Assembly (NCBI GenBank): GCA_000388065.2
Contig: KB932204.1
Length of the DNA stretch: 64,000 nt
Source of the DNA: Fonticula alba ATCC 38817
Taxonomy: Eukaryota > Protista > Nucleariida
Reading direction: 5' to 3' (one strand)
Shown: positions 24,855 to 38,109 of the stretch, one piece after another
Numbering within the stretch: position 1 is the first letter of the stretch
Layout: every line of letters begins with the position of its first letter
Translations under genes and position numbers: made by a program
The notes under the pieces: generated by a model
What the model saw: only the letters and a program-made list of their open reading frames with translations
Databases searched by the model: none
Told to the model about the DNA's origin: nothing

Positions 24855-25583
24855 GGATTCCTGATTTCATAGAATAAAAGTTTGACATCAGAGCCATTTG
24901 TTTGCAGAATAAAATTAAGGGCATAACAGCACCTCTCGTTAGTTATGAAAGATGAAAACTCTGCTACAAACCGCTAACAGGTGACGCACATCGTGTGGCT
25001 TCGTATCAGCCACATTCGTCTTGGCAGCTCTAATCTCTTTCTGGGTAGCTGTAGCCATAACCATAACCATAATGTAAGCATATAATTCGCATCCAGAAAC
25101 AAAGAATCTGTGGCAATTCTATGAGAAGCAAGATTTAATTTGCGAACGTACAAGCTCGAGGAACGAGCAGCAATACCGTATGATCCTTATAATATATGTG
25201 TCAATAATGTCAATACCACAAAAAAAGGAGAATCGGCTCAAAGGCCGACAAACATGCATAGGGTCACGGCAAAAGCAAATGTGGCCCGAGGAAGAAAAAA
25301 GGCCTCCTCATCAAGCTAGACAAAAAGAAAGGACAACAGGGCTGAGTCATAGATGCGCACAGGCCAGGCTGCCTTCGCGCAGGCGATGGTCCTGAAGCAG
25401 GAATATTCTTTCGGCTCAGAGTAGGCACACGCCAAAGCGATGTCGTCGTTGCCATGAGTGGGCGAGACCAAGACAAAAAGGACTGAGAACCGCATTCATT
25501 AATAAACTCACACATTATGGCCGCAAAAATGCTGCACATGCTTTCAGGTAGTCATAACCATACCATCCATAGCCTCCTCCACA

Positions 25584-26943
25584 TCAAGCAAAAAGTGCGT
25601 CTTTCAAAAAAGAGTGGTCCTGTCAGATCATTGACAATCAAAGGAAAACACGCGAACCGCAGCATGAAAAATCCATAGTTGCTGGCAATGATCACAGTTC
25701 ATCCCATCACCACGGTTTAGGACGCACATAACCATCACTTTGCTCAAGCGATTGATCTCTTGGGCCAGCAGCAGGGTGAGTAGAGGTTCCCGGATTGCCA
25801 TCGGAGCCGCGATGGTGGGAATAATGGAAGATGAGATGGTGCCTCTGCTTGCTATAACACAATGAATCACACTTGTGCTCGAGCACATCAGAGAGCTGGA
25901 CAATCTTTGAATTATAGAATTTAACGTGCTCTGCGCCAGGATTGACACATTGAGCTGACAAAAAGGGACGCATCGGTTAGCCATAATGGAATAGAACTAC
26001 TGTGAGAGGGATGGGAAAAAATAGCTGCAAAGACTCTCGTACTCTTGCTAAAGACGCGGTTTCTCAAAAGGCCCGGGTTATTTTTTTCGAATTTCTCGTC
26101 TTCAGCAACCACTATGAAGCAAAGAAGGAAAAGTCGGTTGTAGGTAAATAATGACGTCTGATCAGTACGCTTGCTCCCCAAATTTCGGACTATTTGGGAT
26201 ACTTCGATGCCTTTTACCATAAGAATTGCCCCCGGGATGACGTACCGAGCTTCCAGCACCACTCCACAGGAGTAAGTCCCTAGTCAATTAGAAAAGAGTA
26301 AATCGAAGTTAGTGATTATTGACCACTTTAATGGACTTGCTTGCACCCGGTGAGCATGAACAACCAGAGCAGTGCTTCATAAAATGAACAGCCATAAGAG
26401 ATGTGATCAAGAATGTGCCCACTCGGGGCGCTGATAAACGCACTGGCTTCGCCAAAATTGCTTCCTCAATAGTTTTGCATGGGTACTCCACAGACGCGTC
26501 ATTATGACTCTCTCCAAAGAGAGGCGAAAAGTGCGAATATGCTGAGACAAACACACAATTAGGTTAGTACCACCCACCGACCTGGGAATTCAAACAGACT
26601 ATCGAGAGAGCCTGTCTCGGATATGGAGAACAAATAGAAAAGTAGACTCATACGCACCATTAAGATCCTGCGAGGTATCGGACTTGCCATCACGCTTGGA
26701 GGCCGCTTTCTTTTTCGCAGGATCGACATTGTTCTCGGTTTTCTTGGAAGATGGCTTCTTCTTGTTACTATTATTCTTAACGTAGAAATAACGTGCTTTG
26801 TTTTCTAAACAGCCATGAAGGTCAGTTGTGGTTATGGAGCGCATGGCAAGAAGGCCAATGTTTTTCAATTCCATGCGCTGATATGGGGCATCGGCTGTGT
26901 TTAGGCGCTTCATCATAATACTGAGCGTACCATCGGTGGTCAT
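25584..26943 (-). CDS. Spliced orphan protein, about 307 aa; exons 26943-26658, 26541-26347, 26279-26169, 26111-26043, 25954-25728, 25619-25584
   Basis: Donors GTGCGT, GTGCAA (or GCAAGT), GTACTG, GTACGA, GTGCGT. Branch points TACTAAC, CACTAAC and GCTAAC precede three acceptors. Phases close (924 nt). Lys-rich patch KKKPSSKK...KKKAASKR and a HCSGCSC motif. Last exon uncertain. Confidence 0.65.
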
Positions 26944-27094
26944 GGTGTCTTGGTTTGATCGAGAAGGTCGTGGTCAAGGGCAAGAAAGAGGAAAGGGACA
27001 AAATGAGCTGTTTTGAGCAACAGGTAATTTTTATCACTACACTGTCATTCAGGCAATGCCTCGGGTACGTCCTACCTGTCTCACACCGAGCCGT

Positions 27095-27102
27095 CTTTTA
27101 TA
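27095..27102 (-). promoter_or_regulatory. TATAAAAG box about 150 nt upstream of the island-2 gene
   Basis: Plus strand CTTTTATA at 27095-27102, followed on the minus strand by a CT-rich leader before ATG 26943. Confidence 0.45.
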
Positions 27103-29437
27103 GAAACCCACACAGGAGACGACGTACCCCTCTCGTATTTGCACAATCCCGGAACTGCTGTCCTTCAGGATTGGTTGAATTGGCCAGGATAGTTAGAGCG
27201 CAAATCATCTCTCAGCGCACAATACCCCCCAGTCCCAACCATAACTATAACGAGGAGCGTCTTTATTTCCTGGAGCCTGTGCGCTCTGAGCTAGCTGCTT
27301 TTCGACACCCCAAGCGCTCTGGATACGTTCGGTCTTGAGGATTACAAATATTCTCAGGACTGATGGTTCTTAGAAAAAGGGAGGTACTTTCCCCGTTGCG
27401 GTCGATAAGATTCCTGAGCCTTAAACTGAGTGCCATTTGCCGCACAGAGTTTGTTCATTTCCCCGGCGAAAGGGCATCTGTAGAGCTCTCTTCTCAAGGG
27501 CTATTTTCCTCGCGCTTCGCCGTTCCTGCGGCTAGATTGGCAGCTTGCTGCGCTACTTTCCCCTAATTAGCCATAATAGCAAACTTTATATCTCCCGATA
27601 TGTGATGCAGTCGTCGGTCCAGTTTGACCCTCTCAAAGGGAGTAGCACGAGTATAGGACATCGATGTGCCGTAATGACCTCTGAACGCCCATCCCGAGAT
27701 ACTTCATCACGATGGCAAGAATAGCTCACGTCTCCACCACTATGTCAGTATTAGACTCAGGAAGGAATAATGCTCGAACAAAACTTTTTCACTTCTCATC
27801 AATACATTAGACCTAAGCACGTACCCGAACAAAGGTTTACTCATACACACACATACACACTGATGGACATTTAGGTGCGCACGCGTACTTATGCCGTCTG
27901 CTAAGAGGTCGCTGAGGCGTCAACATCCAAGTCAGAGTATCAAGCGCAAGAAAAACCTGACATGAACAAGAGCCTGGCATGTTGTCTAAAACTCCGAGAG
28001 AACAACAAACTACAAGAGCGGAAACTCTATCTCTTCTGGGCTTTTTCACGGCATCACCGGTATGGCCCACTCGGAAGGGCGCAGCTTGCATAAGCTGATG
28101 TCCCATACGCACCTCAGAGGGGCTTTAATAATGAAAAATGAAAACTTATAACACTGCTTTCGTGCATGCTTTTTACCTTCTCTCTACCCCTCCCACCCTC
28201 CCTCCCCCGCCGCGTGGGCGAGCACCTGCGTATACCAGATGTCGCTAGACGTATAGACGATGTGTTGTGCTGCCGGTCCGAGAGCCCCTTTAGAACCCCG
28301 GCCATTTGAGCTAGGTCGTTCTTGTTCAGGGGTTGTGGTCGGGTAGGTGGTGGGGAAGAAGGGGGCTGGACTCCAGTCCGCACCACTCCTTACCAACGCA
28401 CGACCACCCCGTCGAATCCATAACGAATGCCAGCGCCACAACACCTTCCTATGGATTCGTAGACATATGCATGATGGACCTTCAGACAAGTTACAGGCCA
28501 CCCTCAGGCGCCTCACTAACACACCATGCACATTTGCAGATGTTTTCCTCTAACATCGTCACGCATGCGCCACTGTTATGAGAAATGATACAACAGCCTC
28601 CTCCTTCTTTCCAAGTAGTCGGCGGTTCCCAAAACTTCATCAATGGAGGCTTTACTCTCCGCTGGAAGGCGATGTGACTATGTCAACCACTAGCTAAAAC
28701 ACGACCACGCGTAGGCTGACAAGCTGTACGCTGCACGAAACAGAATTTCACCACCTCGCCCAAGCGCGGCTTACCTCCTCTCCCAGCGCCTCCTCTTTTG
28801 AAGCGAGAACGCTGGAAAAGTGCGGCCGTCATGGGGCGGTCGGGCCTCTTCAAGTGACTGACTCTTCATTACCCCGACCCTCACAAATGGCCATCACTTC
28901 ACGCGCTCAAAGCTCGTTTGTCCGCTTGACCCCACATTTCGTACTCCCTCGAGTTTGGAGGCCATCACTTGGCTCGAGGCTGAGGCAATCCGGAAAGATT
29001 AAAGCCCACCACAACATGCCGTCAGAACTCAAAGCACAGCCAAAGACTGGCTTCCCAGAAGCCCCTCCCCCAACCCAATAGTATAACAACTCGACATGTC
29101 GGGCGAATGCCCCTTAGGGTCCTCCTTAAAATACCCCGTAAGCCCTGCACGATTCTTTCCCACACTTTTATCCATATTTCCAGAAAGCCCATGTTAGGCT
29201 CATCCACTACCCACCTCGAGTCCGGGCACGTTATGACACTCCCATGGATTCCTCGATTGAGATTTCCCATTGCTCACACTTTGTCACCCTAAATGTTGGA
29301 ACAATGTGCGGGCCAGGACCCTCTCTGTCAAGCCATCATCACCCTGTCGCTCCAACCACAAAGTGGCAGAGCTACCAAGATTTCTGCAATCCTCTCTTTC
29401 ACAATCTAGTGTCACGCTTTGCCGACTCACTCCGAGT

Positions 29438-31408
29438 CACCCGCGCCTGCCCGCCCTGGAGCAACGAACCCGGTGCCAGTGCGCTGGATCGCCGCGTTCA
29501 CATATGGGGCCCCCTCAGCGGGACAGAGCGGCTGCATGGGCCCATCGCACACCCCGCCTCCCAGGCACGTCGGGAGAAGGGGTCCCGGCTTCGGCGAAGC
29601 CTCTGCGCCCCGTCGGGCGACACTGGGCCCACGTGGCAGGCAGATGGCCTTCGTGTGGTCCCCGCCCCCTGGCGGGTCGTTCGCCAAGGATGCTCGCCGG
29701 GGCGCAGGGGCTTCGCCGAAGCTGGGACCCCTTCTCCCGACTTGCCCGGGCGATCGACCGCCGGGGCCACCTCGGGGAATCCTCGCAAACACTTGCCCTA
29801 TCCCCGCCCACCCGCTTCACATCCGGCCCAATATACTCAAACCAGCCCACACGGATGTCAAGCCCGAAAGCCCCCTCGGCCCACGCGCTGATGTCCTCAG
29901 CCGGCACCACGGACCACCGACAGGCGACCCGTGTGCCGCCATGGGCTTAGTCGCTCCCGGGGGGNNNNNNNNNNAGCAACGAACCCGGTGCCAGTGCGCT
30001 GGATCGCCGCGTTCACAAATGGCCCCCTCGGCGGGACAGAGCAGCCGCATGGGCCCATCGCACACCCCGCCTCCCAGGCACGTCGGGAGAAGGGGTCCCG
30101 GCTTCGGCGAAGCCCCTGCGCCCCGTCGGGCGACACGTGGCCCGCGTGGCAGGCAGATGGCCTTCGAGGGGGCCCACGCCCCCTGGCGACTCGTTCGCCA
30201 AGGATGCTCGCCGGGGCGCAGGGGCTTCGCCGAAGCTGGGACCCCTTCTCCCGACTTGCCCGGGCGACCAAACTGCCAGGGCTACCCCGGGAACTCCCCG
30301 CAAACACTCCCCCCATCACCCCGTTCACCCGCTTCACATCCGGCCCAATACACTCAAGCTAGCCCACACAGATGCCAAGCCCCAAGTCCCCCCGGCCCAC
30401 GCGCTCATTTCCTCAGCCGGCACCACTGGCCGCCGGCAGGCGACCCGTGTGCCACCATGGGCTTGTTCCTTCCCAGAAGGGAACACCAGCATCAGAGGCC
30501 CCCGCTTGCACACACACAGAGGGACGCCCCACGTGGCGCCCGATGCCGAGACCACCCCAGCTGGGCTTTTGTTATTGTTTGACGCACTCGGCGATGGCGA
30601 ACATTCGCCCGAGTAAGAAACATTGGCTGCTCGGGCCCAGATGGCCCATGGTCGCTTCCCATGGCGCAACTAAAATCACCCTCGCCATTCGCCCACCTTC
30701 TCTGACCCCGTTCAACCAACATGCGCCGAGTCGACTCCCATCGCGAAATAATCCGATTAAATAATCCTGATATTCATCGGCCGGCCCGGGGTGGCACTCC
30801 GCCGAGCGTTGGCAATCGGGGAATCATGGCACGGTCGCGGCAGTGTGGCTTTGCAGATGCCTCCCCGGTCGGCGGCCTTTCGTCGCTTCCCAGTGAGCCC
30901 TCTCCTCCTCGCCGCCGGGATGTCCCCCGTCTCATGGCACGGCATCCCCGAGAAATGGGTCTTCCTGCCGGTCGATGCGCCGATGGCGACGCAAGCCCCC
31001 TGGCTTCGAGAGGGCACTGCTGAGCCTGCCCGCGCGGTTTGTCCCTTTTCCCCCCGGCCGCCCACATCGTCCCGCATGGGCCACCCCTGGTGGACACTCG
31101 CCAGCCCCTGTCCGGTGGATCCGTGCCCTGCCGTGACCTACCTCCCGAGCTCTCCGCGCCCGGGGCAGCCCGACTTGCCACAGCACCCAGGCAGAGACGG
31201 GATCCCGCTGACGACCAGGCGTGGCACGCCTCCCACGGTGTCCGCGGTGCCACCTCCTCAGCATCAGTCGGAGCTCGGTCCGGCTCTTCCTCGGCCTCGG
31301 CCGGCGGGAATCCCAGAGCCAGGGCCATGACTTCGGCCATCCAGTGCCGTGCGCGCTGGCCCATGCCCCGGGGCTGGGATCCGAGCTCCGCGAAGGGGAG
31401 AGGGCCAA
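29438..31408 (+). repeat. Copy 2 (29438-29964, partial) and copy 3 (29975-31408) of the 1.45-kb repeat, separated by a 10-N gap
   Basis: Direct match to 23085-24541. The 44-bp inverted repeat recurs at 29569-29612 / 29698-29741 and 30082-30125 / 30212-30255. Confidence 0.9.
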
Positions 31409-33845
31409 AGGAATCCACCCTCCTGCATGGCCTCGCCCCTCCGCTGCGCGGTCTTGCCTCTGCGCCTCCGCCGAGGAACCGCCCGGCCGGGATCACGCGC
31501 GCTGCATTAGATCCGGCCATTTCCCCCCAGGGACCGCATACCTGGCAAGTGCATGGCGCAGGGCCGGCAAGTCGCGGTCGCGGTCGGTCACCCGCAGCCC
31601 GCGTGGCGGGCGACCGATGGGGGCCCAGTCGCCGTTTGCGAAGTGGACACCTCCCAGCCTCGGGAGATGCCACCTGGCGGGAGGGAGCTTCCGCCTGCAC
31701 CCTGGATGGGTGTGAGCGCGTCGGAAAGGCTCGGACCCAGTCAGGGTGCCTGCATTGCCATGCCTCTTTCTTCTGTGGCTGCCCCGGGAAAAACACCCGC
31801 GAGCCGGGGAGGAGCACGACGCCGCGCGTGTCCGGCGCTCCCGGCGGTGCATGCCGGCCCGCGCGCACCCAATGACAGGGATCTTCTCGCGTCAAGACCT
31901 GGCCGCTCCTCTCGGCCACATGGAGGGCAGGAGCTAGACCCCACTGCAAGGCAACACAAGGAAGAACAGAGGAGGTGAGGAGAAAGGGCCGATAGAGGGT
32001 GTGCGTGGGCCCAGTGACCACACGATAACAAGGAACAAACCTGAGACAGGGATACAGCCAGGTGGAATGGGCCACACACACACAGATCTCAAGATGCTAC
32101 GCACACATGCTGACTGGCGGCTTCTCCCACGAGAGGACAAGCCTGCCCGGGACGCCGGACACACGGGGAAGCACCTGCGCCTTTCTCGCCGTCCGGGCTT
32201 GGCGCCGGGTGGGATGCCCCGCTCCCCTTGCGGGCACGTACCTCCAGGGCCATGTCCCCTCTCCCCTGCCCCCCCCTTTCTGCCGCCCTCTCCTCCCCCC
32301 CGAGGCGCAGGCGCCTGAGGGCTCGGCCCTCTGTGTGCACGCAAACACACGTGTGGGACACGGCCGCGGCGCACCCCGCCGACCCGGCCGGCAGATGGGC
32401 CACGCGATGCGCGCCTTTCAGCAGCCTGGCATTGTGACGCCGGCCGGCGCATGCCCACCCCCTGCGGCGGTGGTATGTTGGCAAGATCCCCCGAGCTCGG
32501 AGGCCTCCGGCTCCCGACATGGCCCCCGTCCGTGGCCGCGCACGAGCCGGAGACCAGCCCAGCGCTTGGTGCGGCGAGCGCATGGCCCGCCCGGAGGGCG
32601 AGGGCCGAGACGGAAAGCCCACAGGCACGCCCGCCGGCCATGACCTCGTGTGTCGCCCTGCGCCTGGGACTGGCCCGAGCCTCGGCCGCCCTCTGCGGCA
32701 ATCTCTTCGCGCACCGACATACCCTCGGTGAGGCGGCCCCGGCCATGCCCGGACGAACGGACACCACCACATGGGGCGCTCGCCGACAAAACCGACCGGC
32801 AGCCACACCCATGTGCCGCCCCGCAGCATCCCGCCGCGCGGCAGTGCCAGAACGAAATAAAGAGGGGCCGAGGCCGTCCGCCGCGCAGCTCTTGGATGGA
32901 CACACACCGCCGGGGAGATCGGCCAAAAGGCGGGGCGGTGCAGCAGACCATCCAGCATTCGACCCGCGTCCGGATGCGGAGGCCCACCACAGCCTCATCA
33001 CCGGCTGACAGACCCCCCCCGGCAGGCAGGCCGCCAGAGGAACAGCCAAGCACCTCAGCGGGCCCGCCCGCGAGAGCACCCTCGCCGTGTGCCCCCGCAA
33101 CACCCGGCCGGCAGACGAGGCGCCCACGCGTTGTGCCGGCGGGTCCTCGGTAGATGCCCCGGCTCGAACGCCCGGTCGGCCGAATGTGGCCCAGGCCCGC
33201 CGCCACCTGGAGGGACAGTGACGCCGGGCGCTGGCCGGCCGCCCGACACAAGCACCCGGGCCCCGCTCCCGGAGTCTCCTTAGGCAAGGCCCCCGGTAGC
33301 CGGTGGCACAGCAGGCAGCAGACGCGCGAGGACAGCCCGCCCGCCACCCGGACAAGCCGCCCGAGTTCGAAGCACCCAGAAACGCCCCCACGTCGGGCCG
33401 GCCAGCTGCTCGCCCCCCAGGGAGGCGCCAGGCGGCCGACATGCAGCTTCCCAGACCCGGGTCTTGGATCGCGGCCTCCAGCCCATGCACCGGCGACCTT
33501 GCCGGCAAAAAAAAGCGCCTCGCCTCCTCCGACCGGCGGCAGGGAAGGGAGGCCGGGCTGTGAAGTCCGCCCCGGTGCGAGAGGTCACGGCCCGGGGTGC
33601 CCGGACGGCCGCGCCGCTCCGGGGGACACGGCTCACGCCGGAGTCGTGCGCCTGCCGCGAATGGGCCCCGGGCAGCCGACGCGCATCCGCCGCCCGCAGC
33701 CACACCGCCTCCTGGCGGCCGGCACAGCCCCGCATGTGCACCCCGATGCGCCATGGCGCAGCCACCACGGTCGCCAGCTGCCCCGGCCGCCCGGAGAAGC
33801 AACGCGCAAGTAAACCAAAAGGTATGAGTGGCTCGCCGGGGAACA

Positions 33846-36110
33846 CGCACCGGCTTCGCCCGGGCGGCCATAACCCCATAGCAGCCGAGAGCACGATCCC
33901 CCTGCCCCCCAAGCCCAGCCCCAGTGATGACCGGGGAAGATGACCGGCACACGCATCCACGAGGATCTCCGGGAATGTCCTCGTGCACCGGTGCCGGCGT
34001 GCCGATACCATGGCCCGGTGCGCGAGTGCAGTGAAAGAGCGGAAAAACCCGGCGAAGGGGCGTCCGATGGCCAGCACGCGGATCAGCACCAGCGGGGGCA
34101 GATCGAGGGGCTGGCCTGTGTCACCAGCCTGCCCGCCTCCGCCGAGGGCGTGAACTTCGGCCACGGGCAAGAGAGGGAGAACCCCACCTGGCTCCATTTT
34201 TTCGGGGCGAGGAGGCCGAGTGACTAGTTTTGGCGTCGGTCTTGTCAGGTGCCTGGCACGGCCACAGCCGAGACCCACTGCCTCGCAAGGACATGCACAG
34301 AGGAAGGCTGGGAGAGAAGCAAGCACCACGAGCCAGCCGGCCAAGGGAGGCCCAGGCCAAAAGGTGGCACTCGCGAAAAGACGAACCCAAGGGCCAGGGA
34401 CGGAGGAGCGAGCGGGGACCGCACCCATGATGAGGAGGGAGAGAGAGAGAGAGAGAGACCCGGCACGACTTCAGCGCACCCTCCCCTTGCCAGAAGACAG
34501 GATTTGGCTGCTGCTTTTCCTCCCGCAGAAACCCACAGGACAATCATGCTCCCGGCGCCGCCAAACCACCGCACGCCGTCGCACCGGCCCACGACCAGGA
34601 GAGCTGCCTCGCGCAACAGGCAGTCCCCCCCCAACTCGGCGGGGATGCAAAAGAAAATGCCCCCCGCACACGCACACAGAAACACCCAACACCATACTCG
34701 GGAGAAGGGGTTCCGCCGGCTATCCGGAGAATTGCCCGGGGCCAGGGCCGGCGCGGCTCGGGATGCGCCTTCCCCGCTCGCCATCGGACACCAACGGCCC
34801 CCGGGGAGGAAGTGTCGAGAGGGGCAACGTGGGGGCCACGACGGATCGCAATAACACACCACCGCAACATCTGTCCGCCTTCCGAAAGGCCAGGAGAGAC
34901 CCTCACGGGGAAAAGCCACGCCGTGTTGGCCCGCCCTGCGGTGAGACGGGCCGCGCGAAGCTTTTGCAAAGTGCCCCGCGTATTTGTGAATGGCAAACGG
35001 ACAACCGGTGGCCACCGCCCGCCAGGACGGGAACCCCCCGAACCCGCAGACCATCTTCCCCGCCACCGGGGGCCAGGGAAATTGGCCGGATCCCGACAGC
35101 CGATCGGCGCACCACAGGGGACATCGCGACCCCGCGGCCAGGGAACCAAGTGCCAGGGGGGGACCCCGCACAGGGACGGACACGGTGAAGAGACAAACAC
35201 ACCCGGCCCGAGGAACCAACAGCAGGGGGGCTTCTCCCGCGCGTGTCGGCGTGATGCCCTCCCCCTGCGGCCGTGGGTCGGCCCCCCACCGGCAGAGACG
35301 ACGCAGACACCGTATCCACTCTCGCCCCCCCCCCCCCCCCCCCCCCCCCCCCGCAAAGGGCACCCCTTTCACCGCACACGCATGTGTGTACCTTCCCAGG
35401 GACAGAGAGCCGGGGAACCGGCAGACCCACACGCCGANNNNNNNNNNNNNNNNNNNNNNNNNNNNNNNNNNNNNNNNNNNNNNNNNNNNNNNNNNNNNNN
35501 NNNNNNNNNNNNNNNNNNNNNNNNNCGCACCGGCTTCGCCCGGGCGGCCATAACCCCATAGCAGCCGAGAGCACGATCCCCCTGCCCCCCAAGCCCAGCC
35601 CCAGTGATGACCGGGGAAGATGACCGGCACACGCATCCACGAGGATCTCCGGGAATGTCCTCGTGCACGCGTGGACCAGGCATCCGCACGCCGGCCGCAT
35701 TGGCGGAAAAGAGCACCGGTGCCGGCGTGCCATGACCGGCACGCGGCTCCGCACGAGCGGGGGGAGATCAAGGGGCTGGCCTGGGTGACTTGCCCTCCTC
35801 CCCCGAGGGCGCGAACGTCGGCCCGGGACAAGAGAGAGAGACCCCACCGGTCCACATCCTCCCGGAGCGAGAGGGCCGACTGGCCGGTCCCTCGCAAGGA
35901 CATGCACAGAGGAAGGCCAGGCCGAAAGGTGGCGCCCGCAAAAAGACCAACCGAATGGGCCAGCAGCGGAGGGGCGAGGGAGAGGAACCCGGCACGACGT
36001 TCAGCGCACCCTCCCCCTTGTGTCCGACGCACGCCAGAAGACAGGTTTCGGCTGCTGCCTTTCTTCCCGCGGAAACCCAAAGGACAGCCATGCTGCCGCG
36101 CCGATGCACC
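33846..36110 (+). repeat. Diverged duplication, period about 1.6-1.7 kb (33846-~34620 versus 35526-~36110)
   Basis: About 142 bp identical (33846-33987 = 35526-35667), followed by patchy matches such as CTCGCAAGGACATGCACAGAGGAAGG and TCAGCGCACCCTCCCC. Confidence 0.8.
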
Positions 36111-38038
36111 ACGCCCACTGGCAGCCGATCGGAGATCGCCGCCCGGTGGGCTCCCTGGCGCAGCACCCCGAGCCCGGCGAGGAGGCACGGCAAACCATTG
36201 CCACCCGCAGACACGCGGAGACCCCATCGCAGGACGAGCCGCCGGTGGATCCACAGGCAGCCAGAGCGGGCCGCGGGAGTCCGGCCGAAAAAAAGGGACA
36301 AGGTGCTCCCAGGCGTGCCCCGGCACACGCCGACAGATCCAGAGCCATGCCCGAAAAGAGATCCCTCCAGCTGCCCAAGCGAACTCCCCTCGGCCAGGAC
36401 TCCCAGCGCCCTCGCAGCCTGTCGGCCTCGCGAAGTCCGAGCGGTGCCCCGGACGCCTGCAAATGCAGCGAGGACCATCTGGCCACGGCGTCCCGGCGGC
36501 AGAAAGCCGTCAAAGCCATATCCCAGGAGAGCAAAGAGAGAGAGAAGGCAGCCGGCTCCTCCCGCAGGGGGCATCCTTCGTCGCGCATGCGCGTGAGTCC
36601 CCGGAAGACCCCCAGCACCCGAGAAGAAAGAGCGCCGGAGACATGGCATATACACGGAGGCATCCCGGAAGATCGAAGGCCACAGCCGCGGATGGCCTCG
36701 TGGTCCCCGAGCATGCGCCGGGGCCAGAGCCGGCAGCCGGGCCACCGCAGCCAGGCCCTGTCCAGCGAGGCGCCCTGGGGCGGCGCACGGCCGTCCCCGC
36801 CGGTCCCGCCACTCGGGCCAGCTCGACCGCCAAGCCGCGGGACCCACACGCACATGCGCGCCCGTGCACAGCACAGAGAGGAGGGAGGGGGAGCGCATGG
36901 GTAGGAGCAATGGCGCAATGGGGGAGGAGGGGGGGAGGATGCTCCGCGCGGATGGGCCGCCTCCATGCGCCGCACCCGGAGAAATACATCGACACAGCCG
37001 CAGCCAGCCCCAAGGAAGGACAGAAGGGGCGGAAAAAAGGCGGCCGGGACACATCCAACTCCAGGCGGGGCCGGACCGGCCGGCAGCGCCCGGGCTATCG
37101 CGCTCACACAATAGCACAATTTAAAACGACTTTTTCATTACCGGCGAGACACATTTGCCAGACCCCGCGCATGATACATGCTCCACGTGGGCCGATGTTC
37201 CTCCAGGCCCTTTCGGTCCTGCACCTCCCGACGCCGCCCCCGAGGCGATGTGTTTGTCCTCCCTCATCGCACCGGCCCCCCCCGCCTCCCGGGTCCATGT
37301 CACCCGTCCGACAAGGCTGCCCCTGCTGCCGATCTTCCTCCGCGTTGCCCGCCACCCGGCCTGCCCTCTCCTCGCCCCGACCGTCCAATGCATGCGCCCC
37401 GGCGCGCGTCCACGCCCTCCTGGGGTCCCGGCCGCCTGCCTGGGCCGGGAGCACCACCGCCCGAGTCGCCGCCCTGGCGCCGCCCCCACGCGCGGCCCAG
37501 GGCTCTTCTGGCGCGAGAGCAAGAGACAACGCGCAGCTCGATCGCGCCCTGTCGCTGACCGGCACGTGGGCGCGCGTGCGTTCGCCCCTCCCCCGGCGCC
37601 TCCCAGCCCATCCCTTGCCCGGCCCCCCCCCCCCCCCCCNNNNNNNNNNNNNNNNNNNNNNNNNNNNNNNNNNNNNNNNCCCCCCCGCCCCGCGCCCCTC
37701 GCAATCATCTCGGTCCATCCTTGGGTGCACCCTCCGCGGGAGTCCGCGTCTGCCCGGGGCCGGGGACACCCCCCTCCATGCCTCCGGCGATCGTCCGCCA
37801 TTCGACCTCGCCCGCCAACAGCCCGGGACCATTGCTTTCGGGCCCGGAGGGCCACGCCCTGGCGGCAATGCGTGGGGAATTTATTTGGGATGTAAGCCCC
37901 TCTGCATGGGAACGCACGCCCGCCTCCGGCTCGTGGCATCCGAAAAGGGACAAAAAAAACCCAGCAACAACATAACAGCACGCCATGACTGCCATCTTGC
38001 CCGGGATTGTGGCGCCAAAAAGCAGAAGCGGGGCAGTC

Positions 38039-38109
38039 TGCGTCGACCGGGAATCGAACCCGGGTCTACCGCGTGGCAGGCGGCAATTCTACCACTAAAC
38101 CATCGACGC
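38039..38109 (-). tRNA. tRNA-Gly(GCC)
   Basis: GCGTCGA/TCGACGC acceptor stem, anticodon loop CTGCCAC, GTTCGATTC T-loop, T5 terminator at 38017-38021. Confidence 0.97.

Larger units (their letters stand above)
24680..29437. other. Low-GC island 2 (about 42-50% GC, by eye); left boundary approximate
   Basis: Clear composition shift. The right edge joins the GC-rich repeat at 29438 with no gap; the left edge lies about 130 nt after a 10-N gap. Confidence 0.75.

Noticed and set aside
26955-27566. Plus-strand ORFs 26955-27338 and 27363-27566, and a stop-interrupted minus-strand frame at 27263-27570
   Set aside because: They overlap the promoter region of the minus-strand gene and show no motifs. 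A small pseudogene cannot be excluded.
29438-30560. Tandem duplication of the first 525 bp of the 1.45-kb repeat
   Set aside because: Split by a 10-N gap (29965-29974). The copies differ slightly, so it may be real or haplotype/assembly redundancy; not counted as a separate finding.
23085-31408. Canonical LTR retrotransposon
   Set aside because: No TG...CA termini, primer-binding site or gag/pol coding sequence was found.
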